Counted from the stretch's first letter, positions 29,419 to 37,117 are shown. The stretch: 64,000 nt of DNA from an uncultured Bdellovibrionales bacterium (GCA_964580285.1 CAZOKB010000001.1:73366-137365); one strand, 5' to 3'. Notes: a model not told the origin generated them from the letters alone. Numbers and translations are program-made.

Positions 29419-30470
29419 CGCAGGAAAAAAAACATCGGAGTATCACCCTTAAGCCTGCGCTCTTGGCAGTAGCAGGAATAGCGGGATTGGTGGCGGTCAT
29501 ACTGCTTGTCTTCGCGTATATGTTACCTGCGGAAAACCGGGTAGGGGAAACATTACGGCAAAGACTTCCTCTGCCGCTGGTTATTGTTGGGTATAAGCAT
29601 GTGATCACTACCCAGGAACTGGGCGCTAATATGCGTTCGGTGCGGCGTTTTTATGAAACACAAGATTTTTCACAATATGGTATTCGGATCGATTTCTCAA
29701 CGGATGAAGGAAAAAAACGCTTGCGTGTCCGAGAAAAGGAAGTATTGAATAAAATGCTTGAAGACCGCATGTTGGCTCTTCTGGCGCAGGAGAAGGGTAT
29801 TGTCGTCACCGAAGAAGCGGCGCGTGATGGCGTGCGGCGCAAGCTGGAAGAGTACGGCGGCAGCGAGGAAGCTATCCGATCGAATCTTGAGCGGCTCTAC
29901 GGGTGGTCGCTAAAAGATTTTGAAGAAAAAGTAGTCATTCCAAATCTCTATGAAGAGCGGTTAAGTGAGGTTTTTCAGAAGGAGTCGGATACGCGTACTC
30001 AGGCGGAACAGCGTATCCGTGAAGCTCGCGAGGCTATTCGGAACGGAGCTTCCTTTGAAGAAGCCGTGGAGAAATATTCAGAAGGGCGTACCCGTGAGCA
30101 GGGCGGCGAACTCGGTTGGTTCGCTCAGGCAGATTTAGCGCAAGAATTGCAGCGTCCGGTAGCAGCGCAGAAGGTTGGGGTGATCGGAGATATCATCGAA
30201 AGCGACCTGGGGTTCCATATTATTGTGGTGGAAGAAACGAAAAAAGAAAACGGTAAGGCGCTCTATCGTCTGAAACAGATTTTTTCCAAGAAAACCACGG
30301 TTGCTGATTGGTTGACTGAGCGGATGCGGGCTTCCCCACCATTGCTTCTTTCGAGAGAATATGTTTGGGATGCTGCGGAGGCGCGTATAGAATTTAAGAA
30401 CGCCGATATGCAGCGTTTTGAGCGGGATTTGATGGAGAAAACAGAAGGTAATTCTTTGCTCTTGTTTTAA
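29415..30470 (+). CDS. PpiC-type peptidyl-prolyl cis-trans isomerase (SurA/PrsA-like)
   Basis: Parvulin domain GGELGWF...GFHIIVV, N-terminal TM anchor. Confidence 0.7.
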   Translation: MTQEKKHRSITLKPALLAVAGIAGLVAVILLVFAYMLPAENRVGETLRQRLPLPLVIVGYKHVITTQELGANMRSVRRFYETQDFSQYGIRIDFSTDEGKKRLRVREKEVLNKMLEDRMLALLAQEKGIVVTEEAARDGVRRKLEEYGGSEEAIRSNLERLYGWSLKDFEEKVVIPNLYEERLSEVFQKESDTRTQAEQRIREAREAIRNGASFEEAVEKYSEGRTREQGGELGWFAQADLAQELQRPVAAQKVGVIGDIIESDLGFHIIVVEETKKENGKALYRLKQIFSKKTTVADWLTERMRASPPLLLSREYVWDAAEARIEFKNADMQRFERDLMEKTEGNSLLLF

Positions 30471-30509
30471 TCTCACAGTCAGAGTGTAATTTGTACAATA
30501 TATTACCCT

Positions 30510-31823
30510 ATGGATACTTTTCAAAATGAGAAAGAACCAATGAAAGAATCGATCAAGCCAGCTACTGCTTCTTCAGCGGCTTTCGATTGGGAGCGCCACA
30601 GCCGGTCTTCCTTGAAACTGTTTATGTTCCTTTTGGTGGCTGCCGTGTTTGGTTTCATTGGGGGAACCACGGCTCCTTTCTTTTCAGCTATGCTGAAACA
30701 GCACATGGCCACGCTCTCAACCGGAAAAGAAACATCAACTGGAGAACTTCCAAAACCAGGTCGTCAAGAAGTTTCTTCGCAAGATGATACTATCGTGGTG
30801 GATCTTGTAGGGCGTAATTCTCCAGGTGTCGTCAGTATTGTGATTACGAAAGACGTGCCAAAGGTACGGAATTTTTTCCAGAACCCGTTTTTCTTTGATC
30901 CATTTGGTAGTTCTTTCGGACAACAAAGAGGGTTGGGGGGCGGAGGAACAGAAAAGCAACAGGTAGGGAGTGGGTCCGGGTTTATTGTTTCGGAAGACGG
31001 TTTAGTGGTGACCAACCGGCATGTGGTGGTCGATGCAACAGCGGAGTATACCGTCATCACCAGTGATGGGAAGGAACATGCAGCGACGGTGCTCGCGCGT
31101 GATCCGAATAAAGATATCGCCGTACTTAAGATTGAAGGATCGAATCTGCCGGTACTTGATTTGGGGGATTCGGATACGGTGAAGGTGGGCCAGACGGTGA
31201 TTGCTATCGGGAATCCTTTAGGGGAATTTGCTAATTCCGTCACTCGCGGGATTATTTCTGGCGTAAAACGCGAGGTATATGCGGGCTCATCGAGGAGTGG
31301 TCAGTCTGAACAGCTTTCCGGAATTTTCCAGACGGATGCCGCTATTAATCCAGGGAATTCCGGTGGTCCACTTTTTAATTTGTCTGGTGAAGTGATTGGC
31401 GTAAATGTTGCGATGGCACAGGGGGCGGAAAATATCGCCTTTGCCCTGCCGATCAACCAAGTGAAGCGCGTTATTGATGAGGTGAAGACTACGGGGAAGA
31501 TTTCAACGCCCTATATTGGCGTGCGCTATCTGATTCTAGATGAAGCTATTGCGAAAGAGAATGGGCTACCGCTTGATCATGGTGCCTTAGTCATTCGTGG
31601 AGAAAAAATGACCGACTTCGCGGTGATTCCTGGTTCACCGGCGGATAAGGCGGGTATTGTTGAGAACGATATTCTCCTTGAGGTGAATGGTACGAAAATT
31701 GATGCACAGCATCAGCTCACAGACCTGATCGGGGACAAGCGTGTGGGGGATGAGATTACCTTGAAAGTGTGGCATAAAGGTGACGCCAAGGATGTAAAGC
31801 TCCGGCTTGAGGAGCGGAAGTAG
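30510..31823 (+). CDS. HtrA/DegP-family serine protease with C-terminal PDZ domain
   Basis: Catalytic triad contexts TNRHVV, DIAVLKI and GNSGGPL, plus a PDZ domain. Confidence 0.85.
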   Translation: MDTFQNEKEPMKESIKPATASSAAFDWERHSRSSLKLFMFLLVAAVFGFIGGTTAPFFSAMLKQHMATLSTGKETSTGELPKPGRQEVSSQDDTIVVDLVGRNSPGVVSIVITKDVPKVRNFFQNPFFFDPFGSSFGQQRGLGGGGTEKQQVGSGSGFIVSEDGLVVTNRHVVVDATAEYTVITSDGKEHAATVLARDPNKDIAVLKIEGSNLPVLDLGDSDTVKVGQTVIAIGNPLGEFANSVTRGIISGVKREVYAGSSRSGQSEQLSGIFQTDAAINPGNSGGPLFNLSGEVIGVNVAMAQGAENIAFALPINQVKRVIDEVKTTGKISTPYIGVRYLILDEAIAKENGLPLDHGALVIRGEKMTDFAVIPGSPADKAGIVENDILLEVNGTKIDAQHQLTDLIGDKRVGDEITLKVWHKGDAKDVKLRLEERK

Positions 31824-31866
31824 CGGAAAAGAGAATAGAGAATAGGGAATATTGAATAGTGGGATA

Positions 31867-31892
31867 AAGAGGCTTTTTAAAGCCTCTTTTAG
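31867..31892 (+). terminator. hairpin terminator after htrA (AAGAGGCT-ttttaa-AGCCTCTT, then TTTT)
   Basis: Perfect 8-bp inverted repeat at 31867-31888 followed by a short T-run. Confidence 0.55.
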
Positions 31893-31894
31893 TA

Positions 31895-31923
31895 TTGACA
31901 AAAATATGTAAATATGCTATTTT
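31895..31923 (+). promoter_or_regulatory. sigma70-like promoter of the island (TTGACA, 17 nt spacer, TGcTATTTT)
   Basis: Consensus -35 at 31895-31900 and extended -10 at 31915-31923. It is followed by a ~90 nt 5'-UTR with inverted repeats CTTGATC/GATCAAG and TGTGC/GCACA. Confidence 0.45.
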
Positions 31924-32014
31924 CTCTTGATCCCTGAGTCTGTGCATGGGGCACAATAACTCTTTGTGATCAAGCCGTTCTTTGGCAAATCAACCCTTCT
32001 TTAGGAGAAATACC

Positions 32015-32662
32015 ATGGCAAAAGCTGCCACTCAAGTACAAGACTCCCTCAAGCGCGTCATGCTGACCCTCGAGGGCATCCGGCCGCTCCTCATCAATAC
32101 CATGACGCCGTTTGAAGTCATGGCGCTGAACAAAGATCTTGCGCCGGACGCTGTCAACAAGGTGAAGGCATTGAAGCAGATGACACTGCCCGAGCAGATC
32201 AAGGTGAAGTACGAGCTCTGGCGCGATCCGGAAACCGGCAAGGTCGGCATTTGGTCGCACATGCTCTACGCTGCTCTGGTCGGCGCCGGCAAGTTCATCA
32301 AGTACGAGGGCAACATGAAGCTCTCGACTTCGAAGAGTTCGCTCGTGCCGAGTTTCCTTACCATCGTCGATGAACACCTACCCTTCGTTGATCAGGGTTC
32401 GGACGGGAAGGGAACGCCGTATACGGACGACTACCGGCGTGGCGAGGCCAATCAGGGCAGCGGTGCCGTGTGCGTCGCTCGTCCCATGATCGGAAGCGGC
32501 TGGCGGGTCGGTGTGGATATCGAGGTGGAGACCACTCTTCTCGATCTCGTCCGTACCCGCGAGCTCTTCGACAAGGCGGGGCGCATGTCTCGCTTGGGCT
32601 CTTTCCGCACCAAGGCTGACTTCGGGATGTTCCGGGTCGCCGAGTGGGAAGTGATGAACTAA
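32015..32662 (+). CDS. hypothetical protein (215 aa) and first gene of the GC3-rich island, of unrecognised family
   Basis: ATG at 32015 preceded by AGGAGA. Strongly GC3-biased codons unlike the flanking genes. Confidence 0.6.
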   Translation: MAKAATQVQDSLKRVMLTLEGIRPLLINTMTPFEVMALNKDLAPDAVNKVKALKQMTLPEQIKVKYELWRDPETGKVGIWSHMLYAALVGAGKFIKYEGNMKLSTSKSSLVPSFLTIVDEHLPFVDQGSDGKGTPYTDDYRRGEANQGSGAVCVARPMIGSGWRVGVDIEVETTLLDLVRTRELFDKAGRMSRLGSFRTKADFGMFRVAEWEVMN

Positions 32663-32674
32663 TATCACTCACGC

Positions 32675-34918
32675 AACTGCGGCGACTTCGGTTGCCGCAG
32701 TTCTCAAGTGTATTTGCAAGAGTATACTTGAGACTCTGCTTTTGAAAGAGAGCAGGGTATAGAGAGTATAGCAATGTATTCTTGTGCTACATTCGGTTTC
32801 GCGGATTTTTGTTTTGGATCGATCCTCTGCTTCAGCACGATCGATCATCTTATAAGGATTCGCAAGAGTTTTTATAAGACTTCGCTTTCGAAAAAGAGTG
32901 AAGCGAAAGATGCAGTTGTGTCGTATGCTGAGCTGTTAGGTATTTTGACCCAGTGTCCTTTATTGGCTCGTACCTCTATGAAAATATGCACGAGCATCTA
33001 AAGCATTTTGGTGACAGAATGTTTTGGACAATCTCTTCGTAAGAGGGGATTGTAATGTTGTTATGCAGCGCCGTGTGTTCTTCTTTCCTATACTTTCGCG
33101 TATCCTAGTGGACCGAGCCTCTCCACCAACGCTCGGTCATCCCTGAATACTTTCAAGAAGAGAGTATTGAGGACAACATCCTCGCAAGAGGGGGTTGTAC
33201 AGTAGTTTCGACTTAAGCTAAGCGTTGTTCTTTGACCTAATTTCCACAAGTGTTCTGGACTGAGCCTCTCCGTCAATGACGGACGCTCGGTCATCCTAAG
33301 CGCTTTTGTGAAAGAGTGTTTAGGACAGCATCCTCGTAAGAGGGGGTTGTGAAGTGTAAGTTCGGACTTGTAAAATTACGCAGTCCAAACTCCGCACGAG
33401 TTCTTTATATTACTGGAGCGAACCTCTCCGCCCAAGGCGGACGTTCGCTCGCTGTTCGCGGGATGTATGTCTCGCCTGATGAGCCGGAAACGGCGAAAAC
33501 AGTCGTTCTTTGATACGGTATCCTACCGTAGAGCTAACAGAAGTTATCCTAATTCGCTTCCTGTTTTGGCTCGTACCTCTGCTTTGGTACGTACGAGCAC
33601 CTTAAATATATTGGGAACAGTGTATTTAAGGCATCATCTTCGAAAAAGGATGATGTACTGGGTAGTGTTGGGTCTCGTCAAGCAACGAAAAGTTACCTTG
33701 GATCCTTTCCTGGATCAGCCCTCTGCCTCGGTACGACTGATCATCTTATGAGTATTCGCAAGAGTGTTCATAAGACTCTTCTCTTGGAAGAGAGTAGAGT
33801 GATTCCAGTTACATCCAGTTACGTACTGCTCTCCGTCGTAGTTTATGTTTCTGGCTCGCACCTCTGCTTCGGTACGTACGAGCATCCAAAGCATTTTAGA
33901 AACAGAATGTTTTGGACAATTTTCTTGGAAGAGAAAATTGTGAAGGGAATAATCTCCTATACCGTTGCGCAACGTACGGTCATGTAGCGTAGCGTAATGG
34001 ACCGAGTCTCTGTATAAATTCATACACGCTCGGTCATCTTATGAATATTTGCAAGAGTGTTCATAAGACTCTGCTTTCGAAAGAGAGCGGGGTACAGTAG
34101 TGTGCCGTCATGCATAGTGCAGTAATGTTTTTTACTGGCTCGTATCTCTGTGCAAGCATGTACGAGCAACTTAAATGCATTGTAAGCAGTGTATTTAAGA
34201 CTTCGCTTTCGCAAGAGAGTGAGGTGAAAGATGCAGTTTTGTCGCATGCTGTGTTGTTAGGTATTTTTATCTAGTGTCCTTTATTGGCTCGTGCCTCTAC
34301 TTCGGCACGCACGAGCACCTTAAACGCATTTACAGAAGTGTGTTTAAGACTTTGCTTTCGAAAGAAAGTAAGGTGTACCAATCTCGTAGCGTGTGGCATA
34401 GTTTTCTTCGGATCGGTGCTTTATTCTAAAGGCTCGCATCTCTCTGTTTCGGCGGATGTGTGAGCATCTTAAGTGCATTTGCAAAAGTGTATTTAAGACT
34501 TCGCTTTCGCAAGAGAGCAGAGTATTTCTGTAAAGCACTGTGGCGTACTGTGGCGTGAACTTCTTTGGACTGAATTGGAGCGGTCTGAATTGCTGGCTTG
34601 CGTCTCTGCGAAAGTACGCGCGAGCACCAAAAGTATTTTGGTAACAGAATATTTTGGGTATTATCTTCGCAAGAGGGTGATACTTGTAGATACGTATTCT
34701 CCGGTCCTGAACTGTGTGTTAAATCAATGCAATGGCTCGTACCTCTCTGTTTCGGCAGACGTACGAGCATCCTGAATATTTTCGAAAAGAGAATATTGAG
34801 GACAATCTCTTCGCAAGAGGGGGTTGTCATAGTAGCATCGTGTTGAGCTAGGTCATCTAGTGCACGTGTATAGTAAATTACTGGACCGAGCCTCTTCGTT
34901 AATGACGAACGCTCGGTC
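32675..34918 (+). repeat. tandem array of about 16 degenerate structured-RNA modules with ~146-nt period. Each module is hairpin E1 (5' stem arm then CCTCT), hairpin E2 (10-bp AT-rich stem), GNRA-tetraloop hairpin E3 (CYYYC-GNAA-GAGRG then GGGKTGT), then a ~50-nt variable linker
   Basis: E1 starts at 32675, 32817, 32965, 33110, 33257, 33415, 33568, 33712, 33853, 33998, 34137, 34285, 34430, 34595, 34733, 34882. Stems covary (GGCTCGTAC/GTACGAGC, GGACCGAGC/GCTCGGTC, GGAGCGAAC/GTTCGCTC, GGCTCGTGC/GCACGAGC, GGATCGATC/GATCGATC). ORFs in the region are repeat translations. Confidence 0.7.
33450..33504 (+). ncRNA. type III hammerhead ribozyme HHR-1, with predicted self-cleavage 3' of C33457
   Basis: Stem III CGCUGUU/AACAGUG. 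GUC-like site UUC, cleaved after it. Stem I GCGGG-atgtatgt-CTCGC. Core CUGAUGA at 33476-33482. Stem II GCCG-GAAA-CGGC, then GAAA at 33495-33498. Confidence 0.8.
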
Positions 34919-35018
34919 GCTGTCGGTAGGTGTGTGCCTATCCTGATGAGCCCAGCACTTACATCATCCGATTCATTGATGGTGTAAGTGCATTCCGTAA
35001 GTGCTGGGCGAAACAGCG
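34918..35018 (+). ncRNA. type III hammerhead ribozyme HHR-2, with predicted cleavage 3' of C34924, ending 30 nt upstream of the helicase start codon (in its 5'-UTR)
   Basis: Stem III CGCUGU/ACAGCG (6 bp). Cleavage site GUC at 34922-34924, cleaved after it. Stem I GGUAGG-ugugug-CCUAUC. CUGAUGA at 34943-34949. 12-bp stem II CCCAGCACUUAC/GUAAGUGCUGGG with a 34-nt loop. GAAA at 35010-35013. Confidence 0.85.
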
Positions 35019-35048
35019 TCATGGTTCATTTCCAAGAGGAGTTTGCAC

Positions 35049-36839
35049 ATGCAAACACATATCATGCAGTTTTTCCCGTACGAGAAGTACGAGCAGCCGA
35101 CAGCGCTGCAGGAAACAGCACTTGCCTTTATCGGCGAAAACGCTTCTTTTGGCCCCGTCGTCACTGAGCTCCCCACCGGGACCGGCAAGACCGCCATTGG
35201 CATCGCGTATTTGCGCGCCATGAGTCAGCCGAAACGTGTGAACTTCTACCTGGTTTCGAACAAAGTGCAGGCAGAGCAGGTGAAGTTGATGCACCCCGAG
35301 GTTGAAATCATGCTCGGCCGAAGCGAGCATCAGTGTCTCTATTACGAAGGTGAACAGGTGAACGCGGAAGAGATTCCGTGCATGGCTCTCAAGGACTGTC
35401 CGCATCGTGTGCACCAGCAAAGCGGCGAGACGCATACACTGGGCGCGATTCCGTGTCCGTACCTCAAGCAGAAGTACGACACGAAAAGTGCTCAGATCGT
35501 TGTTGCGACGGTCCCGTTTTATCTCTGCGCTGTTTTCTTCGGGAAGCAGTACGACGTGGGGGCTGTGGTGGTTGACGAGGCGCATAATATCGCCAAGATC
35601 GTGCGTGGGAGCTTGTCGCACCGTCTCTCCAATCACAAGTTGGAGCGGATGATCGGCGTGCTCGAACACTCAGGTTTCGGCGACGAAGCGGAAACGCTCG
35701 GACAGTTCCTCAAGCTGGTGCGTTCTACGATCACAAGGAATAAGAAACAAGAACGTTCGACGCTCGGGACGACGGAAGTGGAGAAGCTGCTTGGGACTTT
35801 GCGCGGGATTGATCGACGCAAGATTGAGGAAGCGATGTATGCTTCGCTCAAGCAGGGTATTCTCAATCCGGTGAGCGACCGCGATCTCTTGAAGCAATTC
35901 GAGGTGCTCTCGCGGGATCTCAAACGTTACATCAACTCGCTGGAGTTCTCTTTGCCGCAGGGTGATCATAAGCCGCTTGCGTATGCGTTTGGGTATCTGG
36001 ATCCGGAGTACGAGGACGGGAAGAAAGACTTTGCACTGGTGATCAAGAATTATCATGTCGCTGGTCTCATCCACCACATGCTTCCGGAGAAGACACTCGC
36101 GTACTCGGCAACCATCGGCGACGCGGAATGTTTCGGTTTTGAAACCGGGCTGCGTGGCGCGTTCACTTCACTTGAGTCGGAATTTGCTCATGAGAAGACG
36201 CGTATCTATATGCCGACCGACACGCAGGATCTTGCGTACGACAGTCGTGGTAATCGCGATGTAGCACGTTCGCTCCGGCTTGTAGCGCGTAGTGTCGCCA
36301 AGTTCAACATGCAAGGGTTGCGATCGCTCGTGGTGCTCGTATCTGAAGACGAACGGCAGCGGTTCTTGCGGATGTGTCCGGAAGCAGAACTAAACGGCGG
36401 AGCTCTTGAAGCTGTTTCGTACGGCAAAGGGGTGACAGCACGGGAAGCCGCGGTGCGGTTTAAGGATGGCGTTGGCGATGTGCTTGTGGGGACGGTGTCG
36501 CAGTACGGCGAGGGGGTTGATCTCCCGAATCGCATTGCACCGGTCATTTTTTATCTCCGACCGGCCTATCCCAATCCCTATGAACCGGAAGCGCAGTTTG
36601 AAGCTAGTCGGTACGGATCGCGCCGGTTTGCGGTTTGGAACTGGCGGGTGATGAACGATCTTCTGCAAGTGCGAGGGCGCAATATCCGCTCGGTGAATGA
36701 CGAAGGGGTCACCTTTCTCATTTCCCAGCAGTTTCGCAAGTTCGCCCGCCCGACACTTCCGAAGTGGCTCCTGCCGGCGTACGTGGCCGACAAGAGTATG
36801 GAAGAGTGCGTGGATGACGCGATGCGACTTCTCGTTTAA
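35049..36839 (+). CDS. DinG/XPD (Rad3)-family FeS-cluster DEAH-box helicase
   Basis: Motif I LPTGTGKT. Four-cysteine FeS insertion (HQCLYY...CMALKDCP...CPY). Motif II VVDEAHN. Strong SD AAGAGGAG 7 nt before ATG 35049. GC3-rich like the island ORF. Confidence 0.75.
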   Translation: MQTHIMQFFPYEKYEQPTALQETALAFIGENASFGPVVTELPTGTGKTAIGIAYLRAMSQPKRVNFYLVSNKVQAEQVKLMHPEVEIMLGRSEHQCLYYEGEQVNAEEIPCMALKDCPHRVHQQSGETHTLGAIPCPYLKQKYDTKSAQIVVATVPFYLCAVFFGKQYDVGAVVVDEAHNIAKIVRGSLSHRLSNHKLERMIGVLEHSGFGDEAETLGQFLKLVRSTITRNKKQERSTLGTTEVEKLLGTLRGIDRRKIEEAMYASLKQGILNPVSDRDLLKQFEVLSRDLKRYINSLEFSLPQGDHKPLAYAFGYLDPEYEDGKKDFALVIKNYHVAGLIHHMLPEKTLAYSATIGDAECFGFETGLRGAFTSLESEFAHEKTRIYMPTDTQDLAYDSRGNRDVARSLRLVARSVAKFNMQGLRSLVVLVSEDERQRFLRMCPEAELNGGALEAVSYGKGVTAREAAVRFKDGVGDVLVGTVSQYGEGVDLPNRIAPVIFYLRPAYPNPYEPEAQFEASRYGSRRFAVWNWRVMNDLLQVRGRNIRSVNDEGVTFLISQQFRKFARPTLPKWLLPAYVADKSMEECVDDAMRLLV

Positions 36840-36860
36840 TTTGGATCAGCTGATCCAATT

Positions 36861-36890
36861 GGCCTACTACTAAAATAGTAGGCCTTTTTC
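36861..36890 (+). terminator. rho-independent terminator of the island (GGCCTACTA-ctaaaa-TAGTAGGCC then TTTTT)
   Basis: Perfect 9-bp stem followed by a T-run, 22 nt after the helicase stop. Confidence 0.75.
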
Positions 36891-36901
36891 TTTTTCCTAA
36901 A

Positions 36902-36928
36902 TTAGCACTCTAGTACTGAGATTGCTAA
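36902..36928 (+). promoter_or_regulatory. CIRCE element (HrcA operator) upstream of clpB
   Basis: TTAGCACTC-N9-GATTGCTAA matches the consensus TTAGCACTC-N9-GAGTGCTAA with one mismatch. Confidence 0.65.
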
Positions 36929-37117
36929 TTTTTTATTGTGGTGATAGAGTAGTAATAAGAAAGATGGAGTACGGAGAAGGGAATAGATGCTATTTCAAGC
37001 GGGTCGATACATCTTCATCATGAAGAGAAAACGCAGATCCCTCGACAAGCTCGGGATGACAGATCAAAGGAATTTTATTCTTAAATCAAAAATCTTATAT
37101 CTTAAATCTTTTTTCTT

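Noticed and set aside
32675-34918. CRISPR array
   Set aside because: Repeat units are about 95 nt, internally structured as three hairpins, and degenerate (only 60-90 percent similar). The spacers are partly duplicated between modules. No cas genes or leader are present. This does not fit CRISPR architecture
33467-35022. ORFs inside the array (33467-33751+, 33748-33987+, 34598-34846+, 34426-35022-, 33715-34023-, 34020-34247-)
   Set aside because: Their amino-acid sequences are repetitive translations of the RNA modules (SCEEIVLNILF, SPSCEDNTQNIL recurring), with no RBS and inconsistent frames. They are by-products of the repeat
35001-35048. ORF-track start of the helicase at GTG 35001
   Set aside because: It lies inside hammerhead stem II. 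The ATG at 35049 has a near-perfect SD (AAGAGGAG) 7 nt upstream and is the probable start
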